NCBI RefSeq assembly: GCF_004010195.1
Contig: NC_057719.1
Coordinates: 8,412,442 to 8,453,716, forward strand
Reading direction: 5' to 3'
Source: Chiloscyllium plagiosum
Lineage: Eukaryota
DNA length: 41,275 nt
The first letter of the stretch is position 1. Every line of letters starts with the position of its first letter. The notes under the pieces are model-generated. The model ran no database searches. It saw nothing but the letters and a program-made list of their open reading frames with translations, and was not told where the DNA came from. Positions 1 through 10,530 of the stretch are shown one piece after another. Made by a program: the position numbers and the translations under genes.

Positions 1-735
1 TACTATCTACCACCACTCTCTGACTTCGATCGGTTAGCCAGTTTTCTATCCAATTGGCCAAATTTCCCTCTATCCCATGCCTCCTGACTTTCCGCATAAG
101 ACTACCATGGGGAACTTTGTCAAATGCCTTACTAAAATCCATGTACACTACATTCACTGCTCTACCCTCATCCACATGCTTGGTCACCTCCTCGAAGAAT
201 TCAATAAGACTTGTAAGGCAAGACCTACCCCTCACAAATCCGTGCTGGCTGTCCCTAATCAAGCAGTGTCTTTCCAGATACTCATAAATCCTATCCCTCA
301 GTACCCTTTCCATTACTTTGCCTACCACCGAAGTAAGACTAACTGGCCTGTAATTCCCGGGGTTATCCCTATTCCTTTTTTTGAACAGAGGCATAACATT
401 CGCCACTCTCCAGTCCCCTGGTACCACCCCCGTTGACAGTGAAGACGAAAAGATCATTGCCAACGGTTCTGCAATTTCCTCTCTTGCTTCCCACATAATC
501 CTAGGATACATCCCATCAGGCGTGGGGGACTTGTCTATCCTCAAGTTTTTCAAAATGCCCAACACATCTTCCTTCCTAACAAGTATCTCTTCTAGCTTAC
601 CAGTCCGTTTCACACTCTCCTCTTCAACAATACAGTCTCTCTCATTTGTAAATACTGAAGAAAAGTACTCATTCAAGACCTCTTCTATCTCTTCTGACTC
701 AATACCACAGTCTCCCACTACTGTCCTTGTTTGGA
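1..735 (-). mobile_element. CR1 (HER1-like) LINE ORF2 fragment, reverse transcriptase region; runs off window start
   Basis: Minus strand translates to VDEGRAVNVVYMDFSKAFDKVPHGSLMRKVRRHGIEGNLANWIENWLTDRSQRVVV, a canonical CR1 RT motif. Confidence 0.95.
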
Positions 736-1169
736 CCTACCTACATTTCTATGTTTTCCTGAAATGTCTGATAAATATTGAGAACACCTTCATTTTCCAC
801 AAGATTTTCCTTTTTTCCACTCTAATTAACCCTAATCTTCCTTTAAATACTCTTCCCTTATGTCATACCATCTTCATACTCCCTCTTATATTTTATCATC
901 TTTGATTGACTGATGAGACAGGCTGAGCTCTCAGGTTTAAAAGGAATACCAGCCATAGTTGATCTGGAGACAGTCTCTCACTAGTATAGAGCTGTAATTG
1001 CTGTAATTCTATGAAACTTAGTACCTCTTGTATATATCCTGATGAATGCAGGATGAAACATTTCAACCACACACCAGACTAGGCAATAGCCATTTCCAAC
1101 AAGGGAGAATCTAACTACTGCCTCTTGATGTACCATTGACCAGAAATTGAACTGCACTAGCCTTATATA

Positions 1170-1618
1170 AAGAACAAAGAATAATACATCACAGGAACAG
1201 GCCCTTCGACCCTCCAAGTCTGTGCTGCCACATTTTGCCCTTCCATGCTAAAACTATCTTCACTTACAGGATCTGTATCTCTCTGTTCCCCTCCTATTCA
1301 TGTATTCATCCAGGTGTTTCTTGAACACTGCTATTGTGTCTGCTTCCACCATCTCCTCTGGCAGCACGTTTCAGGCACTCACCATCCTTTGTGTGAAAAA
1401 CATGCCTCGCACATCTCTTTTAAATTACTCCATCCCCCCCTCTCCCCACACCTTGAGCCTGTGTCCCCCAGTATTTGACTCCTTCACTCTGGGAAAAACC
1501 TCATATTTTCCACTCTATCTATGCCATTCACAATCTTGTAAACTTCTATCAGGTCACACCTCAACTTCCTGCAGTCCAGTGAAAAGAAACCCAGTCTATC
1601 CAACCTTTCTTCATAGCT
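1170..1618 (-). mobile_element. CR1 LINE 3' end (5'-truncated)
   Basis: AAGAACAAAGAA tail, ACAGGCCCTTCGACCC 3' stem motif, decayed ORF2 C-terminus (GGCAGC..TTCAGGCACTCACCATCCTTTGTGTGAAAAA). Confidence 0.85.
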
Positions 1619-2183
1619 AATGTTATCTGTACCTTTAAGAGAGAGAGTATACTGTTCTAAACTGAGAGTTTACAAGTGCCTGTGTATATGACTAGATGGA
1701 AGTCCCAGAGTGCACTGGAAAATTGAAAATTAGTAATATTTGGCTGTGAAATGGATACCTGAGTTTTGGTTGCTGTTTTGACAATTCAAATTTAACAAAT
1801 CAATTTAAATTGTTTCCCAGGATACTAAAACCCAATTGAGTTTGAACTTATCGATTTGCCAACATCGAACCGATGAGATGATCTGATGTTGGGGTGGGGT
1901 GGTGTGGTGTATAAGATAGCGGACATTTTGAAAATTGGTTAGAGAAAAGTGCCATGGAGAGAGAAACTGGAGAATTAATTGCCCATCTAACAGCTTGTGC
2001 TCAAAGAAATTAGGAAACACTCTCGATCAAAGGTACCTTTTCACGTGAAAGATACTCTCAGTAAAAAGAAAGAAGACGACCTAGGGAGATCGTCAGCCGG
2101 AAGAGTGAAGACACAGAGAAAGACTGCGACTGTGTAGTTTTGAAATTAAGTTGATGTAATTTTAATAGATGTCTTAGTGGAAC

Positions 2184-2404
2184 GGGGGAAAATGAGTACT
2201 GCAGATGTTGGAGATTAGAGTCAAGAGTGTGGTGCTGGAAAAGCAGAGCCAGTCAGGCAGCATCCGAGGAGCAGGAAAATGGATGTTTAGGGCAAAAGTC
2301 CTTCATCAGGAAGCCCTGATGAAGGGCTTTTGCCTGAAACATCCATTTTTCTGCTCCTCGGATACTGCCTGACCTGCTGTGCTTTTCCAGCACCACACTC
2401 TCGA
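2184..2404. mobile_element. Palindromic Penelope-like (PLE family 1) head-to-head terminal-repeat element
   Basis: Arms inverted about CTTCATCAGG-AAGC-CCTGATGAAG; flanked by GTCTTAGTGGAAC / GTGTTATTGGAAC (11/13 degenerate TSD). Confidence 0.85.
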
Positions 2405-2423
2405 GTGTTATTGGAACAACAAT

Positions 2424-2758
2424 AACAAGATGATTAGGGGGTTAGATAGGGTTGACAGTGTGAACCTTTTCCCGCGTATGGAGTCGGGTATTACAAGGGG
2501 GCATAGCTTTAAATTAAGGGGGGGTAGATATAGGACTGAAGTTAGGGGTAGGTTCTTCACTCAGCGAGTTGTAAGTTCATGGAATGCCCTGCCAGTAGCA
2601 GTGGTGGACTCTCCCTCTTTATGGGCATTTAAGCGGGCATTGGATAGGTATATGGAGGATAGTGGGTTAGTATAGGTTAGGTGGGCTTGGATCGGCGCAA
2701 CATCGAGGGCCAAAGGGCCTGTACTGCGCTGTATTGTTCTATGTTCTATGTTCTATGT
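2424..2758 (+). mobile_element. Young CR1 3' end
   Basis: Encodes MIRGLDRVDSVNLFPRMESGITRGHSFKLRGGRYRTEVRGRFFTQRVVSSWNALP; GGGCCAAAGGGCCTGT motif; (TTCTATG)n tail. Confidence 0.95.
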
Positions 2759-3129
2759 TAACATATTGTTATAGAGTTAGAGTAGATAGTAAGTAGTTAA
2801 GAGAAAAGAGGGATTAGAGTTGTGAATAGTTGTTGTTTAACGTTCACTTTTAGAGTTTAAAAAATAAATTGATGTTATTTTCTTTAAATAGTGGAATTTG
2901 TGAGTTCTCTGTCACTCATATTTTAACAGATTACAAGGCGAGGTGAGCTTTTCTGAGTGTTTGGTTTAATTAACAGATAGGTTCACCGCCGTGACATAGC
3001 ATCAAAAATGCTTTGTATAAATGCTGTGGCTGCAAGAGCACTTCAAAGCCTGGGAACTCTTCAGAGAGTAGCTCACCTCCTGATTCTTGAATGTGTTTGT
3101 TCATTTTCTCAGAGAATTATATTGGAGTG

Positions 3130-3578
3130 TGATGGAATAGGCTCCACTGTCAGAATGGATGCAGCTCCAACAGATGGGTTACCATCTGGGACGAAGAGGT
3201 TCTCTTCAGTGATTCACAAAAAAATCACCGTGTTCAACATACATATGCTTCAGTAGTGACACACAGTAGCAGCTCTATGTACCATCTCCAAGATGCACTG
3301 TGTAACTCACCCAGACTTCTCTGACAGCACCTTCCTAACTCACTGTCTCAACTATTGAGAAGAAGGAGGCAGCAAACACGTGGGAGTTTTGGCAATGGGT
3401 TCCCCTCCAAGCCACTCACCATCCTGACTTGGAAATATGTCAGCCATTCCTTTACCGTCACTGGGTCCAAGTCATGGAAATCCTTCCCTCGCGGTATTGT
3501 GGATGTGCCCACACCCTAATGAATGTACCAGTTTACAAGTCAGCTCACAACCACCTACTCAGGAGCAATTAGGAAGGA
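3130..3578 (+). mobile_element. Old LINE 3' region (second CR1/L2-group lineage, 'family B')
   Basis: TTCCCCTCCAAGCCACTCACCATCCTGACTTGGAAATAT...CAGCTCACAACCACCT..GCAATTAGG; homologous segments at 9243-10530(-), 19835-20190(-), 28980-29113(+). Confidence 0.75.
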
Positions 3579-3712
3579 TGGACTTATGCCCGAAGGGCTT
3601 ATGCTCAAAACGCTGATTCTCCTGCTCCTTGGATGCTGCCTGACCTGCTGCGCTTTTCCAGCAACACATTTTTCAGCTCTGATCTCCAGCATCTGCAGTC
3701 CTCACTTTCTCC
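3579..3712 (+). mobile_element. PLE family 1 terminal repeat
   Basis: GAAGGGCTTATGC..AAACGCTGATTCTCCTGCTCCTTGGATGCTGCCTGACCTGCTG...CCAGCATCTGCAGTCCTCACTTTCTCC. Confidence 0.85.
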
Positions 3713-3804
3713 CTATATTACACCAATGTGTAGACTTCAGATATAGCTCATCAGCTGCCAGGCACTTTAGGATACTTGGAGATTGTAAAAGGTATTATAT
3801 AATT

Positions 3805-4140
3805 GGGTTGGCACGGCGGCTCTGTGGTTAGCACTGCTGCCTCACAGCGCCAGGGACTCAGATTTGATTCCAGCCTCGGGCGACTGTCTGTGAGGAGTTT
3901 GCACATTCTCCCTGCGTCTGTGAAGGTTTCCTCTGGGTGCTCTTGTTTCCTCCCACAATCCAAAGACATGCAGGTTAGGTGGACTGGCCATGCTAGTTTG
4001 CCCATAGTCTCCAGCAATGCGCAGGCTAGGTGGGTTGGCCATGGCAAATATGGGGTTACACTGGGGATGAGTCTAGTGGGATGCTCTTCACAGTGTCTGT
4101 GGGCTGAATGATCTGTTTTCATACTGTAGTGATTCTATGA
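3805..4140 (+). mobile_element. HE1-type V-SINE
   Basis: tRNA-like head GGCACGGCGGCTCTGTGGTTAGCACTGCTGCCTCACAGCGCCAGGGAC, V-domain GGAGTTTGCACATTCTCCC, CR1-like tail. Confidence 0.9.
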
Positions 4141-4616
4141 TAAGTGCAAAATCTTTGTTTTTTTTTGGGGGGGGGGGGGGGGGGGTTGTCCACCACATTG
4201 TTTGCAGTTGTATTGATTTTCTTGCATTATCACCCCTGAAGTTGTCAATTAAGAGGATTTTGTTTCGCACATAATTTGTTATGATCTAGACTGCACTGAC
4301 TAGGAAAGATTTAGATTCAGAAGGGAATTGGATAAATACCTGGTGAGGGGAAGATTGCTTGGAAGAGCTGGGGGGAAAGAGAAGGGTGAACTGGACATGT
4401 CTAAGCTTTCTGGCAGAGTGTGAGATGGGCCAAATGGTCTCCTCTAACAGTTCACCATTTAACAATACTACGACATCCCTCTTTGACAAAAGATTGCAAA
4501 TGTGTGAGAATAAATTGTAGATTCCTTACAACAGAGGAGATTATAGTGAGATTGAGCAAATTGATCAGATAACATCTTCTATCCTTACCTGTGACTTTTG
4601 ACCTACTAATGCAATT

Positions 4617-4843
4617 AGGCAAAAGTGGGGACTGCAGATGATGGAAACCAGAGTTTAGATTAGAGTGGTGCTGGAAAAGCACAGCAGGTCAGGCAGCATA
4701 CGAGGAGCAGGAAAATCAATGTTTTGGGCAAAAGCCCTTCATCAGGAATTCCTGATGAAGGGCTCCAGCCCGAAACATCGATTTTCCTGCTCCTCGGATG
4801 CTGCCTGACCTGCTGTGCTTTTCCAGCACCACTCTAATCTAAA
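4617..4843. mobile_element. Palindromic PLE family 1 element with perfect 14-bp TSD
   Basis: Inverted arms around GCCCTTCATCAGG-AATT-CCTGATGAAGGGC; CTACTAATGCAATT at 4603-4616 and 4844-4857. Confidence 0.92.
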
Positions 4844-4957
4844 CTACTAATGCAATTGCCTCTTCACCGCCCTCTGGGTAATTAGGGATTGGCAATAACT
4901 ACTGGCCTAGGAAAAGACACCCATTAATGAGAAATCACAAAAATCATCTAATCATCT

Positions 4958-5043
4958 GTTTTGTCTCCATACATAAAGAAGGATATACTTGGCTTTGAAT
5001 GGGTGGACCAACTAGTTATTAGATAGATTCCTGGAATGAGAAG
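4958..5043 (+). mobile_element. Decayed CR1 ORF2 C-terminal fragment running into assembly gap
   Basis: TCTCCATACATAAAGAAGGATATACTTGGCTTTG...ATTCCTGGAATGAGA resembles SPYLRKDILALE..RLIPGMR. Confidence 0.65.
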
Positions 5044-5543
5044 NNNNNNNNNNNNNNNNNNNNNNNNNNNNNNNNNNNNNNNNNNNNNNNNNNNNNNNNN
5101 NNNNNNNNNNNNNNNNNNNNNNNNNNNNNNNNNNNNNNNNNNNNNNNNNNNNNNNNNNNNNNNNNNNNNNNNNNNNNNNNNNNNNNNNNNNNNNNNNNNN
5201 NNNNNNNNNNNNNNNNNNNNNNNNNNNNNNNNNNNNNNNNNNNNNNNNNNNNNNNNNNNNNNNNNNNNNNNNNNNNNNNNNNNNNNNNNNNNNNNNNNNN
5301 NNNNNNNNNNNNNNNNNNNNNNNNNNNNNNNNNNNNNNNNNNNNNNNNNNNNNNNNNNNNNNNNNNNNNNNNNNNNNNNNNNNNNNNNNNNNNNNNNNNN
5401 NNNNNNNNNNNNNNNNNNNNNNNNNNNNNNNNNNNNNNNNNNNNNNNNNNNNNNNNNNNNNNNNNNNNNNNNNNNNNNNNNNNNNNNNNNNNNNNNNNNN
5501 NNNNNNNNNNNNNNNNNNNNNNNNNNNNNNNNNNNNNNNNNNN
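5044..5543. other. Assembly gap (500 N)
   Basis: Run of N. Confidence 1.
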
Positions 5544-5777
5544 ACGGACTCAGTGGGCCCAGTACGGACTAAGTTGGCCCACCACGAACTCAGTGGGCCC
5601 AGCACGGACTAAGTGGGCCCAGCACGGACTCAGTGGGCCCAATCTAGACTAAGTGGGCCCAGCACGGACTCAGTGGGCCCAGCACAGACTCCGTTGGCCA
5701 GCACGGACTCAGTGGGCCCAGCACGGACTAACCTGGCCCAGCACGGACTCAGTGGGCCCAGCATGGACTAGGTTGGC

Positions 5778-5905
5778 CCTGAAGAAGGGCTTATGCCCGA
5801 AATGTCGATTCTCCTGTTCCCTGGATGCTGCCTGACCTGCTGCGCTTTTCCAGCAACACATTTCCAGCTCTGATCTCCAGCATCTGCAGACCACACTTTC
5901 TCCTC
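5778..5905 (+). mobile_element. PLE family 1 terminal repeat inserted in minisatellite
   Basis: CCTGAAGAAGGGCTTATGCCCGAAATGTCGATTCTCCTG...CCAGCATCTGCAGACCACACTTTCTCC. Confidence 0.9.
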
Positions 5906-6335
5906 CAGCATGGACTAAGTTGGCCCAGCACGGACTCAGTGAACCCAGCACGGACTAAATGGGCCCAGCACGGACTACGTGGGACCAGCACGGACTAGGT
6001 TGGCCCAGCACGGACTAGGTTGGCCCAGCACGGCTAGGTTGGCCCAGCACGGACTCAGTGGGCCCAGCACGGACTCAGTGGGTCCAGCACGGACTAAGTT
6101 GGCCAGCACTGACTCAGTGGGCTCAGCACGGACTAAGTTGGCCAGCATGGACTCAGTGAGCCCAGCACGGACTAAGTGGGCCCAGCACGGACTAAGTTTG
6201 TCCAGCACGGACTCAGTGGGCCCAGCACGGACGAAGTGGGCCCAGCACGGACTCAGTGGGCCCAGCACGGACTCAGTGGGCCCAGCACGGACTAAGCTGG
6301 CCCAGCACGGACTCAGTGGGCCCAGCATGGACTAA

Positions 6336-7239
6336 TAGGTAAAAACGAGGTAAAAACAATGACTGCAGATGCTGGAAACCAGATTCTGGATCAGTGGTGC
6401 TGGAAGAGCACAGTAATTCAGGCAGCATCCGAGGACAGGCAAAATCGACGTTTCGGGCAAAAGCCCCTCATCAGGAATAAAGGCAGAGAGCCTGAAGCGT
6501 GGAGAGATAANNNNNNNNNNNNNNNNNNNNNNNNNNNNNNNNNNNNNNNNNNNNNNNNNNNNNNNNNNNNNNNNNNNNNNNNNNNNNNNNNNNNNNNNNN
6601 NNNNNNNNNNNNNNNNNNNNNNNCGGCGGTGGAGGAGGCCCAGCATCTCCATATCCTCGGCAGAGTGGGAGGGGGGAGTTGAAATGTTGAGCCACTGGGC
6701 GATGTGGTTGGTTGGTGCGGGTGTCTCGGAGGTGTTCCCTAAAGCGCTCTGCTAGGAGGTGTCCAGTCTCCCCAATGTAGAGGAGACCGCATCGGGAGCA
6801 ACGGATGCAATAGATGATATTAGTGGATGTGCAGGTAAAACTTTGATGGATGTGGAAAGCTCCTTTGGGGCCTTGGATAGAGGTGAGGGAGGAGGTGTGG
6901 GCGCAGGTTTTACAGTTCCTGCGGTGGCAGGGGAATGTGCCAGGATGGGAGGGTGGGTCGTAGGGGGGGCGTGGACCTGACCAGGTAGTCACGGAGGGAA
7001 CGGTCTTTGCGGAAGGCGGAGAGGGGTGGGGAGGGAAATATATCCCTGGTGGTGGGGTCTGTTTGGAGGTGGCGGAAATGTCGGCGGATGATTTGGTTTA
7101 TGCGGAGGTTGGTAGGGTGGAAGGTGAGGAGCAGGGGGGTTCTGTCCTTGTTGCGGTTGGAGGGGTTGGGTCTGAGGGCGGAGGTGCGGGATGTGGATGA
7201 GATGCGTTGGAGGGCATCTTTAACCACGTGGGAAGGGAA
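6336..7239 (-). mobile_element. Neptune-type Penelope-like element, 5'-truncated: RT C-terminal linker, Cys-rich motif, GIY-YIG endonuclease, terminal repeat (gap 6511-6623)
   Basis: RTPLLLTFHPTNLRINQIIRRHFRHLQTDP...PCHRRNCKTC...FTCTSTNIIYCIRCSRCGLLYIGETGHLLAERFREH, frameshifted; possible TSD ATGGACTAA. Confidence 0.95.
6441..6478 (-). ncRNA. Minimal type-I hammerhead ribozyme motif in PLE terminal repeat
   Basis: Minus strand CUGAUGA-G-GGGC-UUUU-GCCC-GAAA-C-GUC: intact core, helix II, palindromic ACGU helix III; PLEs are known to carry such motifs; activity not demonstrable from sequence. Confidence 0.75.
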
Positions 7240-9242
7240 ATGGACTAAGTTGGCCCAGCACGGACTCAGTGAACCCAGCACGGGCTAAATGGGCCCAGCA
7301 CGGACTAAGTGGGACCAGCACGGACTAGGTTGGCCCAGCACGGACTAGGTTGGCCCAGCACGGCTAGGTTGGCCCAGCACGGACTCAGTGGGCCCAGCAC
7401 GGACTCAGTGGGTCCAGCACGGACTAAGTTGGCCAGCACTGACTCAGTGGGCCCAGCACGGACTAAGTTGGCCAGCATGGACTCAGTGAGCCCAGCACGG
7501 ACTCAGTGGGCCCAGCACGGACTAAGTGGGCCCAGCACAGACTAAGTGGGCCCAGCACGGACTAAGTGGGCCCAGCACGGACTCCGTTGGCCAGCACGGA
7601 CTCATGGGGCCCAGCATGGACTCAGTGGGCCCAGCACGGACTAAGCTGGCCCAGCACTGACTCAGTGAGCCCAGCATGGACTAAGTAGGCCCAGCACGGA
7701 CTCATTGGGCCCAGCATGGACTAAGTTGGCCCAGCATGGACTCAGTGGGCCCAGCATGGACTAAGTTGGCCCAGCACGGACTCAGTGGGCCCAGCACAGA
7801 CTCAATGGGCCCAGCACGGACTAAGTTGGCCAGCATGGACTCAGTGGGCCCAGCATGGACTAAGTTGGCCAGCACGGACTCAGTGGGCCCAGCACGGACT
7901 AAGCTGGCCCAGCATGGACTCAATGGGCCCAGCATGGACTAAGTTGGCCCAGCACGGACTCAGTGGGCCCAGCATGGACTAAGTGGGCCCAGCACAGACT
8001 AAGTGGGCCCAGCACGGACTCAGTGGGCCCAGCACGGACTCAGTGGGCCCAGCACGGACTCACTGGGCCCAGCACGGACTAAGGTTGGCCAGCACGGACT
8101 CAGTGAACCCAGCACGGACTAAATGGGCCCAGCACGGACTAAGTGGGACCAGCATGGATTGGTTGGCCCAGCACGGACTAGGTTGGCCTAGCACGGCTAG
8201 GTTGGCCCAGCACGGACTCAGTGGTCCCAGCACGGACTCAGTGGGTCCAGCAGGGACTAAGTTGGCCAGCATGGACTCAGTGAGCCCAGCACGGACTAAG
8301 TGGGCCCAGCACGGACTAAGTTGACCCAGCACGGACTCAGTGGGCCCAGCACGGACTCAGTGGGCCCAGCACGGACTCAGTGGGCCCAGCACAGACTCAG
8401 TGGGCCCAGCACAGATTCAACGGGCCCAGTGCAGACTTGAGTGGGCTCATCATGGACTCATTTGGCCCAGCACGGACTCGGTGGGCCCAGCATGGACTCG
8501 GTGGGCCCAGCGTGGATGCATGTGGGTCTAATAGCTTGCCAGTGCGCATGCCTGAAGATTGGTCAGCTGCTTGAGGCACTAAACTGTTGTTACCTTCTGA
8601 GAAACAGTGCTGTCAATATCTCCAGGATGCATGAGTGAATTAAAGTAAACCATCTTTTAAGTTTAAAGTTAAGTTTATATTTAAACCAGCCCAATCCTTG
8701 GATGGTTAAGTTTGCTTTGGACGAGTATCAACCACCTTACACTGCAAAGAACTGATGGATCAGTCACCCTGCCTCCTATAATGTCTTGCTTCATCACCTT
8801 CACCACTCCCGCATGCATGAGCAAGCTTACTCATGCAGTTCCCATTACAATCTACTCACCGTGGGTCTGGCTCTATCTAACTTCCAAGAAAATTATTATT
8901 CAGTTCATCATGTGTGGGAAATCATATAAATAGCACTACAAAATAAAATTAAGCGGCATAAATCATTTTAGTTAAGTTATTCATGCAATACCTCCTGCAT
9001 TTTGCCTTACCTTGCTGATGGAATCATTTGTTTTTCACCTGCATACATTTTCTCCCTTTTACACAAATTGCAGTTTGTTAAGAATGGATTGTGTTAGATA
9101 TTTTTGCATAAACATAAATATGAAAGGGTCAGAGACTGAGGAATGGCAATCACAGTTGATTGCTGCTCTGCTCCTATTTTTTATTGCAATAAAGGAGCTC
9201 CACACTTTTGACTGGGACTTATATACCCGCCTCTTTAGAAAT

Positions 9243-10530
9243 TTATTCACTTGCGAGATATAAGTGTCACTGGTTGGACCAGCATCCATTGCCTGGCCCT
9301 AGTTTCCTGTGAGCAGGAGGGGGTAAGCTGCCTTCATCAACCACTGCAGTCCGTGTGCTGTATGTAGACATACATTTCAAATCCGCCTCTCACTCTGCGA
9401 GGACATGCAGATCCCGGGCCTCCTCTGTTGCCACTCCCTCACCACCCAACACCTGGAGGAAGAATGTCTCATTTTCTGCCTTGGGACCCTTCAACCCCAG
9501 GGCATCAATGTGAACTTCACCAGTTTCCTCATTTCCCCTTCCCCCCCGACCTTACCTCAGTTCCAACCTTGCAGCTCAGCAACGTCCTCATGACCTGTCC
9601 CACCTGTCAATCTTCCTTCCCACCTATCCACTCCACCCTCCTCTCCGACCCATCATCTTTACCCCTTCCTCCATCCACCTATTGCGCTCTCAGCTACCTT
9701 CTCCCCAGTCCCACCTCCTCCCATTTATCTCTCCACCCCGGAGACTCCCAGCCTCATTCCCGATGAAGGGCTCTGGCCTGAAACATTGATTCTCCTGTTC
9801 CCCAGATGCTGCCTGATCTGCTGTGCTTTTCCAGTAACACACTCTTGACTCTGATCTCCAGCATCTGCAGACCTCACTTTCTCCTGATGGACATACAATG
9901 CCCTGCGGGAGGGAATTCCAGGATTTTGACCCAGTGACGGTGAAGGAACAGTGACATATTTCCTATTTGAATGGTTAGAGACTTGGAGGGGAACATGCAA
10001 GTGATGAAGCTCCCATGTATCTGCTGCCCCTGCCCTTCTAGATGGAAGTGGTCATGTGTTTCAAAGGTGCTGTCTTGAGATGTTTGGTGAATTTCTGCAG
10101 TGCATCTGGTAGATAGTAGCAGCAGTGTGTACTGAGCATCAATGGAGGGAGTGGATGTTTGTCAATGTGGTGCCACTCAAACAAGTTACTTTGTCCAGGA
10201 TGATGTCAAGCTTCTTGAGTGTTCTTGGAACTGCACCCATCCCGGCAAGTGAAGAGTATTTTATCACACTCTTGACTTGTGACTTGTAGACTTGGATCGC
10301 TTTTGGGGAGTCATGAGGTGAGTTGCTTGCTGCAAGATTCCTAGCCTCTGATTTGCTCTCGTAACCTCGGCATTTGTATCACTACTCTATTCTGGTCAAT
10401 GATAATCCTCAGGATGCTGATGGTGAAAGGTGCAGTGATGGTAGTACTGTTTAATATCGAGGGGCAATGGTTAGATTCTTTCTTGTTGGAGATGGTCATG
10501 GCCTGGTACTGTGTGGCATAAATGTCACTG
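9243..10530 (-). mobile_element. LINE family B 3' portion, split by a PLE insertion
   Basis: CCACTGCAGTCCGTGTGCTGTA|GGGAATTCCAGGATTTTGACCCAGTGAC...GGTTAGATTCTTTCTTGTTGGAGATGGTCATGGCCTGG. Confidence 0.8.
9374..9886 (+). mobile_element. PLE family 1 fragment: GIY-YIG C-terminus plus terminal repeat
   Basis: DMQIPGLLCCHSLTTQHLEEECLIFCLGTLQPQGINVNFTSF; terminal repeat from ~9757; GACATACA on both flanks. Confidence 0.92.

Larger units (their letters stand above)
1621..2996 (+). mobile_element. Probable solo LTR with two nested insertions
   Basis: Starts TGTTAT, ends GTGACA (TG..CA, near-inverted termini), AATAAA near 2863; no convincing TSD; interrupted by a PLE palindrome and a CR1. Confidence 0.6.
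5544..8525. repeat. GC-rich ~20-bp minisatellite (consensus GGCCCAGCACGGACTCAGTG / GGCCCAGCACGGACTAAGTT), interrupted by two PLE insertions
   Basis: Directly visible tandem units of 19-21 bp, degenerating at the right end (8410-8525). Confidence 0.97.

Noticed and set aside
54..905. Plus-strand ORFs 54-287, 77-436 and 381-905
   Set aside because: Antisense shadows of the minus-strand CR1 RT
4153..4186. T-run/G-run as a functional G-quadruplex
   Set aside because: Simple homopolymers next to a SINE tail; length is unreliable in assembly and there is no supporting context
5544..8525. CRISPR-like array or repetitive protein ORFs (GPARTQWAQHGLS...)
   Set aside because: Units are contiguous with no unique spacers, no cas genes and a eukaryotic TE context. 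The ORFs arise in many frames on both strands as a by-product of a 20-bp repeat.
9011..9040. Minus-strand micro-exon ending in AAG|GTAAGG
   Set aside because: The candidate acceptor lacks a polypyrimidine tract
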